DNA of 64,000 nt, from assembly GCA_965204375.1 (NCBI GenBank), contig OZ241986.1, forward strand, positions 4,864,001 through 4,928,000. Reading direction: 5' to 3'. Below the pieces are notes generated by a model that was given only the letters and a program-made list of their open reading frames with translations, did not search any database and was not told the origin of the DNA. The first letter of the stretch is position 1. Every line of letters starts with the position of its first letter. This document shows, in pieces, positions 1 to 9,475 of the stretch. The translations under genes and the position numbers were made by a program. The stretch comes from Candidatus Latescibacterota bacterium. Lineage in GTDB: Bacteria > Latescibacterota > UBA2968.

Positions 1-361
1 TTGCCAACTGCCACTGCATCCAGGCATTATAAGAGGCTCCCAGAGTACCGACTCTGCCGTTGCACCAGGACTGCGCTGCCAGCCACTCTACAGAATCGTA
101 ACCGTCTTCGGCGTCCCCCGTATGCACCTCGGTAAACGGTATCCAATCGCCCTCAGAGCCGTAACGCCCGCGCGAATCCATACTCACCACGGCGTAACCG
201 GCACGCACATAACGCTCAAATCCGGACTTTGGACGGCCATAAGGCGTGCGCAGCAAAATTCCAGGGAAGCGTCCCTCCGCATCGGGACGGAACACATGTG
301 CCGCCATCCGCATCCCATCGCGCATCGGCACCCATACATCAGTCTCAGTAAGAATTTCCAT
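1..361 (-). CDS. CocE/NonD family hydrolase (S15 peptidase-like), partial, runs off window start
   Basis: Manual translation from ATG at 361: MEILTETDVWVPMRDGMRMAAHVFRPDAEGRFPGILLRTPYG...DSRGRYGSEG...DGYDSVEWLAAQSWCNGRVGTLGASYNA. It has the VPMRDG, RTPYG and GxSY motifs. Not in the ORF track because it has no stop in the window. Confidence 0.9.
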   Translation of the reverse strand, partial: MEILTETDVWVPMRDGMRMAAHVFRPDAEGRFPGILLRTPYGRPKSGFERYVRAGYAVVSMDSRGRYGSEGDWIPFTEVHTGDAEDGYDSVEWLAAQSWCNGRVGTLGASYNAWMQWQLA

Positions 362-369
362 AGCATTAT

Positions 370-1257
370 TCATCGCACAGGCTCCGTATCAATAGTACCT
401 ATCGGCACCTCCAGCAGGTCCTCTCCGAGGATCACCTGACCGTCGAAAACCTCTCCCACCTCGTGCAGCACCCGCTCCCGCACGCCGGGCGTTTCCAACT
501 GCTCCGTCAAATGAACGAGCACCAGCGTCTCGACGCCGGCATCTCGCGCTGTAGTCGCCGCATCGAGGTGACCCGAGCAGCAACTCGTCAGGCGTTCGTC
601 ATCGACCGCGCCATTGATGAAATGGCACATGTGCAGCAGCACATCCGCACTTCTTGCCAGATCCGTAAGCCGATCCACTGGCGCTGTATCGCCGCCAAAT
701 ACGATGGTACCATCAGGTGTAGTCAAACGATATGCCAAACAGGTGAGTTGGGGCTGCACGTGTACCACCTCTGCCACATCGACCTGCCAGTTATCGGTCT
801 CGATCCGATCTCCGGATCCGACCTCGCGCACCTGTGGATTGGGCCTCTTCCGCGGCATGGTGCCGCCGCGCGCCTCGTACACGAAATGGCTACCCGGGTG
901 CAAGGTGCGGGCAGCCAGATCCGGACCAAAGGCGCCATCGGCAGAGAACAACCGGTGCGCCATATGCGCTGTTGGCGCCGGGCCGTACACCTGCAATTCC
1001 GGTATCTGGCCGACGCTCTGATCCCAGCGCGTCAGCACCAGATAGGCAAAATCGATACAGTGGTCGTAGTGCAGATGGGTGAGGAACAGGTAGTCAATCG
1101 AGGGCAGTGCAAGACCCGCTTCGAGCATGCGCCGCACCGACGCCGGACCGCAATCGAAAATCAGGGTCTCGTCACCCGTCTGGACGAGATAGCTGGAGCC
1201 GCCGCGGTGCGCGAGCGGTGCGGGAGTACCGGTGCAGAGGAGTTGGAGTCGCGTCAT
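370..1257 (-). CDS. MBL-fold metallo-hydrolase, RNase Z/arylsulfatase-like
   Basis: GTPAP...FDCG, THLHYDH metal motif, GGDT, SGH, LVH. Start trimmed to MTRLQLLCTG. Confidence 0.85.
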   Translation of the reverse strand: MTRLQLLCTGTPAPLAHRGGSSYLVQTGDETLIFDCGPASVRRMLEAGLALPSIDYLFLTHLHYDHCIDFAYLVLTRWDQSVGQIPELQVYGPAPTAHMAHRLFSADGAFGPDLAARTLHPGSHFVYEARGGTMPRKRPNPQVREVGSGDRIETDNWQVDVAEVVHVQPQLTCLAYRLTTPDGTIVFGGDTAPVDRLTDLARSADVLLHMCHFINGAVDDERLTSCCSGHLDAATTARDAGVETLVLVHLTEQLETPGVRERVLHEVGEVFDGQVILGEDLLEVPIGTIDTEPVR

Positions 1258-1333
1258 CTCTTTTATCCTGTTTTTTCGACATAGACACCCGGACAATATC
1301 CGACAAATTTCACCAAAGTGCAATGGCAACTCT

Positions 1334-2362
1334 TCATCCTTTGTGCAACCTTCCCAGAACCCTCTGAGCCACGTCCATATTGAACTGATGTCCCCCGTCG
1401 AACCGATCCACAAACAGATCATCTATCGCACCTGCAGCCCGATACGCCTTCCGAATACGCGCCAGACCGCGCTCTGCCCAATCGTGGGGAATAAGCCGGT
1501 CCTGCGTCCCAACTTCAATCACCATAGGCCGGGGCGCGATCAAAGAAAAAATCTCCGGGGTATCGCCATAGCGGAGCAGACCGGGAATCAACTGCGCGCC
1601 GCACTGACTCAGCGCCTGATAGCGTTCCTGGTACAAATTCATACAACCGGACGGAACCGCGATCTTAATCCGGGAATCAAATGCCGAAATCATCATCGTC
1701 ATCCGCCCTCCCAGCGACAGTCCTGCGCATCCCAACCGGTCCCCATCGACAAAATCGAGCGCCTGTAAAACATCCAGAGCAGCCTCCAGATCGCAGAGAT
1801 GGAGCGCCACCACAGTAGTCCCCAGCAAAGTGGCACACATATAATTCCGGGGACAAAAATCAGTTCGGGGACCGGGATAACCGGGCCGGCGCTCTCCAAA
1901 CCCTCGAAGATCCGGCGCGAGAACCACATAGCCCTGTTCTGCAAACCCGTGCCCGAAATTGTAACTGCATTTATCGATCTCAGCCTGCCGCTCGGGCGTA
2001 TCATTAAGCCCCACCACGCTATCCTTCCCAAAATGGCCGTGCCCGTGGATACAGAGAAGACCCGGCGCTTTATCTCCCTGCGCCAGCCCCTTCGGTATTA
2101 GAAGATAAGCCGGCACAAAAACCCCGGACTCCGTCTGATAGGAAATCCGTCTGCGCACGTACAAACCGCAGTCAATCTCCTCCTCAAATTCAAGACAAAG
2201 CGCAGCCCGTTCAGGCCGTGGGCCAATCAGCCCGGTCAGCACATCTCGAAACCGCTCTCGCCAGGCGCAAAACTCCTCCTGAGTCGCACCCTCAAACAGA
2301 AGAGACGGCTGCGCCTGATCGATCAAACGAGAAAGATCGTCTTCAAAGGATAGGGGTCGCAT
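1334..2362 (-). CDS. Alpha/beta hydrolase (dienelactone hydrolase/acetylxylan esterase-like)
   Basis: HGHG, DLRGFGER, GLSLGG nucleophile elbow, C-terminal GGH. Start trimmed to MRPLSF. Confidence 0.85.
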   Translation of the reverse strand: MRPLSFEDDLSRLIDQAQPSLLFEGATQEEFCAWRERFRDVLTGLIGPRPERAALCLEFEEEIDCGLYVRRRISYQTESGVFVPAYLLIPKGLAQGDKAPGLLCIHGHGHFGKDSVVGLNDTPERQAEIDKCSYNFGHGFAEQGYVVLAPDLRGFGERRPGYPGPRTDFCPRNYMCATLLGTTVVALHLCDLEAALDVLQALDFVDGDRLGCAGLSLGGRMTMMISAFDSRIKIAVPSGCMNLYQERYQALSQCGAQLIPGLLRYGDTPEIFSLIAPRPMVIEVGTQDRLIPHDWAERGLARIRKAYRAAGAIDDLFVDRFDGGHQFNMDVAQRVLGRLHKG

Positions 2363-2492
2363 AGAATGCTCCTTTAGGATGAAACCGCCGCAGGGGGAGG
2401 TACAATCGCTGGCGTTTTCCATTTGGACATAGATGGAAGAATCCAGGAGCAAGATAGTGTGTCGTGTCTGCAAAAACAAGCGAGGATTTCCT

Positions 2493-2521
2493 TTGACATC
2501 CCTTTGTCACACCTGTACTTT
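2493..2521 (+). promoter_or_regulatory. Putative sigma70 promoter overlapped by a TGACA-N6-TGTCA inverted repeat
   Basis: TTGACA (2493-2498), 17 bp spacer, TACTTT (2516-2521), in the divergent intergenic region upstream of 2562. Confidence 0.5.
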
Positions 2522-2561
2522 GCGGGTGGGCTGACATTTAAAAATCTAAAGGAAAAAAACG

Positions 2562-3380
2562 GTGATTCTGGGACTGGCATCGCCAACCTACAGCGGTATT
2601 CTCCCTGAGCAGGCACCGCTATTGTGGTTGCTGGACCGCTGCGCGGAATACGACCTGAAGGCCATGGAGGCGCCGTTGCCCCTATCGGGGACGGACCATC
2701 CGAAGGAAGTCAAAGAGAAGGCGGCCGATCTGGGGGTGACGTGGGTGGGCTACTGGAGCGAGGATTTCGTAACGCCGGACGGGGGTGGAACCCGGTTGCG
2801 AGAGCGGGCGGAGCGGGCGTTTGACCAGGCCAGTATCGGCGGGGTGAAAACGGTCGTGATCTTTGGGAGAGGGAGCCTTCACAACCGGTTTACGCGCCAG
2901 CCCCCGCTGGCTGACCAGTTGAGCCTGGCGGCCGATCACCTGAGACCGGTGGCAGAAGCGGCGTCGGAGAGAGACATCCAACTCGCCTTGCTGCCCCACC
3001 TGGACTACCGGGGCCACGAGATGGTGTCGGTGATAGAAAAGGTGTGCCACCCAAACCTGATGATGGCGTTCGATACCGCTAATCCCTTTCCGGTCTGCGA
3101 AGAACCCGTAGCGGCCGCGAAGGTTGTGTTGCCACACACAGTGGCAGTGGCGTTCAAAGATGTACAGATCTATCCCCATCGCTCGAACGACGTGACAATC
3201 TGGGGAACGCCGATCGGGCGAGGCTCGGTCGATTTCGAGACACTTCTGCCGATGCTATCCGAACGGCTGCCCGATCCGGAAAAGACCACTGCCTGCATCA
3301 AACTGCGGCTGCCGCCCGGCAGTACCGAACACGCCGACTGGATGAACCAGAGTCTGACTTTTCTGCGGACGCATCTCTAA
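2562..3380 (+). CDS. Sugar phosphate isomerase/epimerase (xylose isomerase-like TIM barrel)
   Basis: FDTAN, xKD and GRGSVDF motifs. GTG start. Confidence 0.75.
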   Translation: MILGLASPTYSGILPEQAPLLWLLDRCAEYDLKAMEAPLPLSGTDHPKEVKEKAADLGVTWVGYWSEDFVTPDGGGTRLRERAERAFDQASIGGVKTVVIFGRGSLHNRFTRQPPLADQLSLAADHLRPVAEAASERDIQLALLPHLDYRGHEMVSVIEKVCHPNLMMAFDTANPFPVCEEPVAAAKVVLPHTVAVAFKDVQIYPHRSNDVTIWGTPIGRGSVDFETLLPMLSERLPDPEKTTACIKLRLPPGSTEHADWMNQSLTFLRTHL

Positions 3381-3400
3381 CCTCCTGGGCTGTGAACTCC

Positions 3401-4297
3401 TCAATCGCGCGCTCCCCGTATTGGATGAATCTCTCGAAACTTCTGAAACTCCCAATAGGCGTGGTCTGCCGCGTACCCGTTTGGAACCTCGTCTGTCTTT
3501 TCCAGCCGCTTGTACGCCACACGCACATGGAGCACCTGCGGTTCATCTACGGGAAGCGCGTTCACCTGCCAGTTAAAATCCCACGCGGGGCTACTCTGCC
3601 CCGGAACAATTGACCCGCCAGCACCCGAAGGAGAAAGATAGAACCGAAACCCCGGATAATCATCCGCCATAATTAAAAACATCATACTGCGAATAATGCC
3701 AAAATAAAAGGGATAATCGAAAGTATGTCCCGAATCCGAATGGCTGAAGTTCCGCTTCCCATCCAGGAATGCCGTAGCTGCATTCCGCCCCCAGGGTTCG
3801 CGTTCATCCACCGGCAGATTGGTCGGAAAAATCATCGCCCCCTGTCCGTGAATCGGATTGTAATAATAGGTCCACAACCCCTTCTCGATAAAATGGATAC
3901 CGCCATCCAGCGGAGAGTTGACATAGCAACACCATCCAAAAGAATAGTCTTCCTGTGGCCTGTGGCCCTCTCTGGCCGTAGCGGTCATTTCATAGTCAAT
4001 ATAGTGGGGTGGAACCAGTCGATAGACCCCCCGCGTCTCCACGAAATTATTGGCCTCTGATGCCTCCTTAAACAATTCCACGGCGGTCTCATCTACCCGC
4101 CGCACCGCGGGTCGTTTCCCCCGATGGTGGCCGAAAAGCAACACCCCGTTTCCCTGCGACACAGCGGTATGACCGTCTTTGACCGAAGTCAGAAACCAGA
4201 CCCCGCTGTGCTGATCCTGTCCGGCGCCGTGGTCGGTATCGTCTCCAATAATCGCGCGCAATTCGCCAGCAGAGATAAAGTAACATGGCTCAGACAT
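3401..4297 (-). CDS. Hypothetical protein (possibly beta-sandwich, aldose epimerase-like)
   Basis: 298-aa ORF with an AGGAGA RBS upstream. Aromatic-rich, no motif recognised with confidence. Confidence 0.65.
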   Translation of the reverse strand: MSEPCYFISAGELRAIIGDDTDHGAGQDQHSGVWFLTSVKDGHTAVSQGNGVLLFGHHRGKRPAVRRVDETAVELFKEASEANNFVETRGVYRLVPPHYIDYEMTATAREGHRPQEDYSFGWCCYVNSPLDGGIHFIEKGLWTYYYNPIHGQGAMIFPTNLPVDEREPWGRNAATAFLDGKRNFSHSDSGHTFDYPFYFGIIRSMMFLIMADDYPGFRFYLSPSGAGGSIVPGQSSPAWDFNWQVNALPVDEPQVLHVRVAYKRLEKTDEVPNGYAADHAYWEFQKFREIHPIRGARD

Positions 4298-4547
4298 AAG
4301 TATTTCTCCTTATCTGTCGATAGCAGGGCCATCTGTTATCGGGAACTGATCCAAGCGTATATACCAGGTGAGCGCGGCAACACTTTTAGTCCGCCTCAGA
4401 AGGTCGGCATTATTGATCAATCAACTTGTGCCTATGCATTCCAGACGTATGGCTGGCGGAAGAGTAAACCGGAACCGTGGGAAGGAAAAGGTGAGGAAGG
4501 AAAGCACGAAGTGCCGCAGCGGTTTGACTTGAAAGCCCTTGTGTCAA

Positions 4548-4679
4548 TTAGGGGCGAGAAAGCAATACACTACCTGTTGGCCCATTGTAGGTCATTATGC
4601 AGTGCTGAAGAGTAGTCCGACCAATCAAGATATCAAAATTACTAAATGCCTTGGGAAATCCACACTCAATTTGATTCAC
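4548..4679 (-). pseudogene. C-terminal remnant of a retropepsin-like aspartyl protease
   Basis: Frame reads ...FSNFDILIGRTTLQHCIMTYNGPTGSVLLSRP*, resembling the DxLIGRDxL...xYNG C-terminus of small bacterial aspartyl proteases. The catalytic DTG N-half is absent. Confidence 0.5.
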
Positions 4680-5076
4680 CGAAAGCTCCAAATTGAACTG
4701 ATGACGGCAAGATGAATGGGGGTTGATCTGGTCCCACGCGTCGGATTAGATAGTGTGTATCTCCTCCAACGCCATATTTTTTTCCCGCAGCTATCCATGC
4801 TTCACGGAAATCGTTAAAAATTCCGAGGAGTTTTTTGTCTCGGACGACAGCATACTTGCCAAGATGATCGCGCTCAAGTTCCTCTCGCATAGTTTCGTAT
4901 GCGGCTTTTTCCGCCCTTATCTTTTGCAAATCGCTCTTTATTTTTTGAGTGCGGTCATCGTCTTCGGGTTGGATTTCGATGGCTTGATCCACTGTCTGGC
5001 CTTCCTCTATTTTAATCATATCAATGACCCTCGCTTTCCAGTTTCTCCCGGACAGAATGCGTGTCTCTTTCTTCAA
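4666..5076 (-). CDS. DUF5678-like small protein
   Basis: ELERDHLGKYAVVRDKKLLGIFNDFREAWIAAGKKYG...YLIRRVG pattern. Start uncertain. Confidence 0.55.
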   Translation of the reverse strand: MKKETRILSGRNWKARVIDMIKIEEGQTVDQAIEIQPEDDDRTQKIKSDLQKIRAEKAAYETMREELERDHLGKYAVVRDKKLLGIFNDFREAWIAAGKKYGVGGDTHYLIRRVGPDQPPFILPSSVQFGAFGESN

Positions 5077-5336
5077 GACATAATCACTTGAGCCATCGTT
5101 TTACGGTAAACTTGCCCTGAATGCTTGTTAATAAAAAACGACAGTTTACAAAAAGAAATATGGCAAACTTTCATACAAATGACAACCCTACTTTGATAAG
5201 GGATGTATAGTTGACTTTATGTGTCAATCAGGCTATTTTTTACGACATTAAACTCCTGTATCTAAAATCTCAGTTTTTTACGCATCATAGGCCAATATAT
5301 ATGTCTCTCTCCATCCATTTATCATTACGTTAACAC

Positions 5337-5618
5337 ATGATCAAGAGTTTTGCAGACAAGCGCACCGCGGCTATCTTTGCAGGCCATACTGTTCGCGGCC
5401 TGCCTCTGCAACTCCAGCAACGAGCGCGGGCGAAGCTTCTGGCAATTGATGCTGCTAATCGGCTCAACGACCTGCTTATTCCACCTGGCAATCGTCTCGA
5501 GGCTTTGCGAGCTGATCGTAGAGGGCAATATAGTATTCGCATCAATGACCGATGGCGCATCTGCTTCGTTTGGCGCGATGGTGAATCACGGGAAGTCGAG
5601 ATCGTTGACTATCATTGA
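5337..5618 (+). CDS. higB: Type II TA toxin, HigB/RelE (plasmid maintenance killer) family
   Basis: MIKSFADKRT...PPGNRLEALRADRRGQYSIRINDRWRICFVW...EIVDYH is the canonical HigB signature. Confidence 0.95.
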   Translation: MIKSFADKRTAAIFAGHTVRGLPLQLQQRARAKLLAIDAANRLNDLLIPPGNRLEALRADRRGQYSIRINDRWRICFVWRDGESREVEIVDYH

Positions 5619-5626
5619 GGAGGTAA

Positions 5627-6013
5627 ATGATGACCATTAAACGCGAAGAACTGGACCGGCGAAAGGTTGACTTCTCGGAAGTCACAACCGGACAGCTACT
5701 GTCTCCGGTACATCCTGGCGAGATCCTGCGCGATGAGTTCCTTATTCCGATGAATCTCAGTGTGACTCGCCTTGCTCAAGAGATCAAGGTTTCGGAGAAA
5801 GACTTAGACGCTATCGTGCATGGAATTAACGGAATTACAATCGATACCGCGCTACGCCTTGGTCACTACTTTGGCATGACGCCTGAGTTCTGGATCAATC
5901 TTCAGACCCGCTACGATCTCGATGTCGCCGAGCACACGGTACGTCGCCAAATTGAGCGGGAGATAGAACCTCTGATTGCATCCTCCATAGCACGACAGAC
6001 TGGCACAACATAA
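5627..6013 (+). CDS. higA: Type II TA antitoxin HigA (HTH)
   Basis: HPGEILRDEFL...ITIDTALRLGHYFGMTPEFWINLQTRYDL. Lies downstream of the toxin, with a GAGGAGG RBS. Confidence 0.95.
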   Translation: MMTIKREELDRRKVDFSEVTTGQLLSPVHPGEILRDEFLIPMNLSVTRLAQEIKVSEKDLDAIVHGINGITIDTALRLGHYFGMTPEFWINLQTRYDLDVAEHTVRRQIEREIEPLIASSIARQTGTT

Positions 6014-6159
6014 GATGCAAAGTTGATCCGCCATCGCTGAAAATTCATGGCATCAAAAGGTTGCTCCTGTAGTCTCTCAAACAGAACACCATAGCCCGAT
6101 TTGATAGCCTTTAAACTGCCTGACCGTATCCACCCAATTTAAGACAATCTTCACCACAC

Positions 6160-6203
6160 AAAAAACAAACGCCAGTGCAACAGAACCCTGCACTGGCGTT
6201 TGT
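6160..6203 (-). terminator. Rho-independent terminator of the TonB/PorV operon
   Basis: Perfect 15-bp stem ACAAACGCCAGTGCA (6165-6179) / TGCACTGGCGTTTGT (6189-6203), followed by a T-run on the minus strand. Confidence 0.85.
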
Positions 6204-6226
6204 ATATTTGAAAATCTCGAACGATT

Positions 6227-7294
6227 CTACTTATAGCTAATACCGAGCGTTACGAGATGCACATAGTTCAACCGCCCGAAATCTACCAGAGCGTAATCCA
6301 CGCGCAGGCCCAGTTGTCCGGTATTGTGCCGAACACCCGCTCCAAACGTCAACCCCTCCTCATCGTAGTTGTACCTGTACCCGGCCCGTAAAATCCCTAT
6401 ATTATTATAAGTGTACTCCGCACCAAAATTCAATTTTTCCCGACCATCGTTCGGGTGTACAAACTCGCCCACGAGGGTCATAAAATGCGGATCTTCTTCA
6501 TCCTCGAACAAATCAATGGCTGCGCCCAGTGAAAAAGACATAGGCATGCGGACATTGACCGGAGGCGTCTGGATGCGTTCGTCGTATTCGGAAAACTGCG
6601 TATCCGGACCGAAATTCCGACCGACCATTGCTATCCGCAAGCTTTTGATCCCCGTGTAATACACAGTGCCGATATCCAGTGCCCAGTTGGCTGTTTTTGC
6701 CCCCTGCACATCGTCTAATTGTTCCTCCATATAGCGCAGATTACCACCGATTTGCAGCCGGTCTGTCACTTTCCTACCATAAGTCAGGCCAATGGAGAGA
6801 TTGCCGCCGCTAAATGTGCCTTCGTCCAGATTGATGGATACGTTGCCCGTGCGCCTGCCCGCAGCATCCAGAACTTCAATATTTTCTGTGCGGTACATGG
6901 TGCCGTAATCCAGAGCGGTCGCATTGATCCCCACATAGCCCCACTGGTCCAGATTCTTGACAACACTGCCCACATTGTATCCGATATCGGCAATCCAGTT
7001 GATTCTACCCACGAAAATATCTAAGTCTTCAACATCTGTTGTAGAAGCCGGATTGTTGAATGCAAAACTGGCATCACCGTGGCTAATGGCGGTAGCGACA
7101 CCACCCATTGCAGCGATGCGGGCACTGGTCGGGATTTTCAAGAACTGCCAGCCGGACATGCCAACGCGTTCAAAAGGTGCTGGCGAAATGCCCAGACCAA
7201 ATTCCTGTTCGCCGTAAACTGTCTGCCCGCTGGCCCTGTGCGGCAGGAAGAATACGGCCAATATTGCGCATAAAATGTAGAAATGGCGATTCAT
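6227..7294 (-). CDS. PorV/PorQ family outer-membrane beta-barrel (FadL-like)
   Basis: Signal peptide, FLKIPTSARIAAMGG...NNPA N-terminal motif, amphipathic strands, LRAGY...GLTFGAG...DYA C-terminus. Confidence 0.85.
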   Translation of the reverse strand: MNRHFYILCAILAVFFLPHRASGQTVYGEQEFGLGISPAPFERVGMSGWQFLKIPTSARIAAMGGVATAISHGDASFAFNNPASTTDVEDLDIFVGRINWIADIGYNVGSVVKNLDQWGYVGINATALDYGTMYRTENIEVLDAAGRRTGNVSINLDEGTFSGGNLSIGLTYGRKVTDRLQIGGNLRYMEEQLDDVQGAKTANWALDIGTVYYTGIKSLRIAMVGRNFGPDTQFSEYDERIQTPPVNVRMPMSFSLGAAIDLFEDEEDPHFMTLVGEFVHPNDGREKLNFGAEYTYNNIGILRAGYRYNYDEEGLTFGAGVRHNTGQLGLRVDYALVDFGRLNYVHLVTLGISYK

Positions 7295-7324
7295 TATTCT
7301 GTCCTCCAATTATCCGTAACAGGG

Positions 7325-9442
7325 TTATTTGATGACGACGAATTTGCCCGTAGCAGATTCGCCTTCATGTCCGGGCACTTCCGAAGTTATCTGATAAATA
7401 TAAAGCCCAGGCATCACATTGTGGAAAAACCGCGTGAGCATATAATCGTTATCCGTGGTAGATCCCCAGGCTTCTTCGCCGAATCCGTCATCGTGCTGGA
7501 TGGTGCGAATCAAATCTCCCGCCAGATTGTAGATGCGAATAGTACATTGCGACGGCACATTCACAAATGTCAACCGCTTTGCCTGCCCGGGATCGGGATG
7601 TCCACTGACCTGTCGGAAGGGATTTGGCACCACGCGCACATCTGCAAAATCATTTGAGGGTGCTCGCTTCGACGTGATCGAATCGTAGGTATAAGCCGTC
7701 AAGCCACTTTCCAGTCCTTGCGTATCAAAACTGGTCACGCCATAGCGCAGTGGAATACCGGGATCGGTTTCAAGCTGGAAAACCACCCGCCCGTCCTGGA
7801 TGTTCTCCTGGCCTTTGTTGATGGTGGCCCGCAACTCCCAGGGACCTTCGATGCCGACGGGGGACGAATACACCTTGTAACCTGCAAAATCGGCTTCGCC
7901 CGTGAGCGGATCCACATAATTGCTCGGAACGGGTATCCACCGGAGTTCGACGCCGGACTTGAACGACCCACCTTCCTCGGATTTGAAAATCTCCGCTTCC
8001 AGTTCATCACCCAAAAGCATCTTGGGGGGATTGCCCACGGTAGGTGGAGGAACAGCAGCCGGCGTGTAAAAACCCGTCGTATTCCTAATTTCGATCAATT
8101 CCATTGCCGAGTCCCAGTTTTTGCGAAATTCCTTGATGGAAGCGTGTTCATTACCCGCCCCTTCCACCTCACTTGCAAAGTCCATGTCGATCAGTCTCGT
8201 AGCCGCTTCGCCGCCCAGCATGGCGAGATTGCGGTCCATTTCCCCGGCACACATGATACGGGTAAATGTGATCGAATCTCCGGGAGCCAGACTGTACGGT
8301 CCAATAGCCATAGCATAGACCGGCCACCGTTCGTAGATGCCACCATCTGAGGTCGTTGGATCCTGTGCGGCTGCTCGATAGCTCATTTTCGACTGGGAAA
8401 ATGCAAATGGACTGGGCATATCCGAAAATCTATCGAGATTTAACACATTTGGAGCACCTGTTCCCCACACCCATTTTGCGTTTTCCGACTCCGGAGCCGT
8501 CGGGTGTACGCCAGTGGGGGAAAGGCTCCAGTCGTAATTGGTGATTGAGTGGTGTACCCTGGACTCGCCGAACGCATTTGGCGGCACATTCACAAACCCG
8601 TATCCGACGACCTGGGGAGAATAGAGCTGATAGTCGATCGATCCCTGGCTCTTGATATTGCCCGGATCTCCGACATCTCCCGTGACATTACCCGGTGCAA
8701 TATCGTAAGCGACTGCCTGCAGGGTATTGATCGGAACGGAGTTGTCATCGTAGAAGACAAAAACCTCTCGTTTTGCATCCCAGATATACTCGATATCATA
8801 CTGGGTTTTCAACTCCCCAACGCGGCCCTGCCGCGTAACCTGCACCGCAAAACTGTGGATGAAGAACATGTTGCGGAAAGGGGCAAAGTCGTCATTGATA
8901 ATCGTGTATTCCGTGATGACGAAGTCGTCGTATTTGGGAATGCTCCAGACCATACTTCTGGTCCTGAGGATATACTTCAGGTTGTCCGCGTCAGTTCCGG
9001 GGGGCCACCCGGTATGGTTCGAAATCAGCCCGCCCTCCATAACCTCTTCCGGAAAATGGATACCCCTTTCGACAAAATTGTAATTCTTAATAATCCTCGT
9101 GGGTTCGCCGATGCTGACCCAGGGAGGCTGGTACTGGTTGCCATCAAACCCATGCACGAAGGCAGTGTCGTTCCGCACCGCTCGCACCGAGCCTGTGGTC
9201 CAGGAACCCGCTCCATTCAAAGAATTTTTGATACTCCCCTGATAACCGGGATACGAGATCTGTCCGCATCCCGCGATGCTGCCCGAAACCGGAATACCCG
9301 CTTCATAGGATTCCATCCACATCTTCGCCCGTGTGAGAGCCTCGTTGTTCACATTCTGTGCCCGCACTGCGGACGCGGCAACCGCCAACCCGAGCAGCGG
9401 GGTCAACAGTGCCCATCTAAACCACCTGAAATATGAGCGCAT
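7325..9442 (-). CDS. Secreted protein with FN3-like module and T9SS type-A-like C-terminal sorting domain
   Basis: Signal peptide. VELRW...DFAGYKVY (FN3-like). C-terminal VVPNPF...FVNVPSQCTIRIYNLAGDLIRTI...GLYIYQI...GKFVVIK. Confidence 0.75.
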   Translation of the reverse strand: MRSYFRWFRWALLTPLLGLAVAASAVRAQNVNNEALTRAKMWMESYEAGIPVSGSIAGCGQISYPGYQGSIKNSLNGAGSWTTGSVRAVRNDTAFVHGFDGNQYQPPWVSIGEPTRIIKNYNFVERGIHFPEEVMEGGLISNHTGWPPGTDADNLKYILRTRSMVWSIPKYDDFVITEYTIINDDFAPFRNMFFIHSFAVQVTRQGRVGELKTQYDIEYIWDAKREVFVFYDDNSVPINTLQAVAYDIAPGNVTGDVGDPGNIKSQGSIDYQLYSPQVVGYGFVNVPPNAFGESRVHHSITNYDWSLSPTGVHPTAPESENAKWVWGTGAPNVLNLDRFSDMPSPFAFSQSKMSYRAAAQDPTTSDGGIYERWPVYAMAIGPYSLAPGDSITFTRIMCAGEMDRNLAMLGGEAATRLIDMDFASEVEGAGNEHASIKEFRKNWDSAMELIEIRNTTGFYTPAAVPPPTVGNPPKMLLGDELEAEIFKSEEGGSFKSGVELRWIPVPSNYVDPLTGEADFAGYKVYSSPVGIEGPWELRATINKGQENIQDGRVVFQLETDPGIPLRYGVTSFDTQGLESGLTAYTYDSITSKRAPSNDFADVRVVPNPFRQVSGHPDPGQAKRLTFVNVPSQCTIRIYNLAGDLIRTIQHDDGFGEEAWGSTTDNDYMLTRFFHNVMPGLYIYQITSEVPGHEGESATGKFVVIK

Positions 9443-9475
9443 AAATCACTCCTCTCCTTTCAGCTATAAACAACT

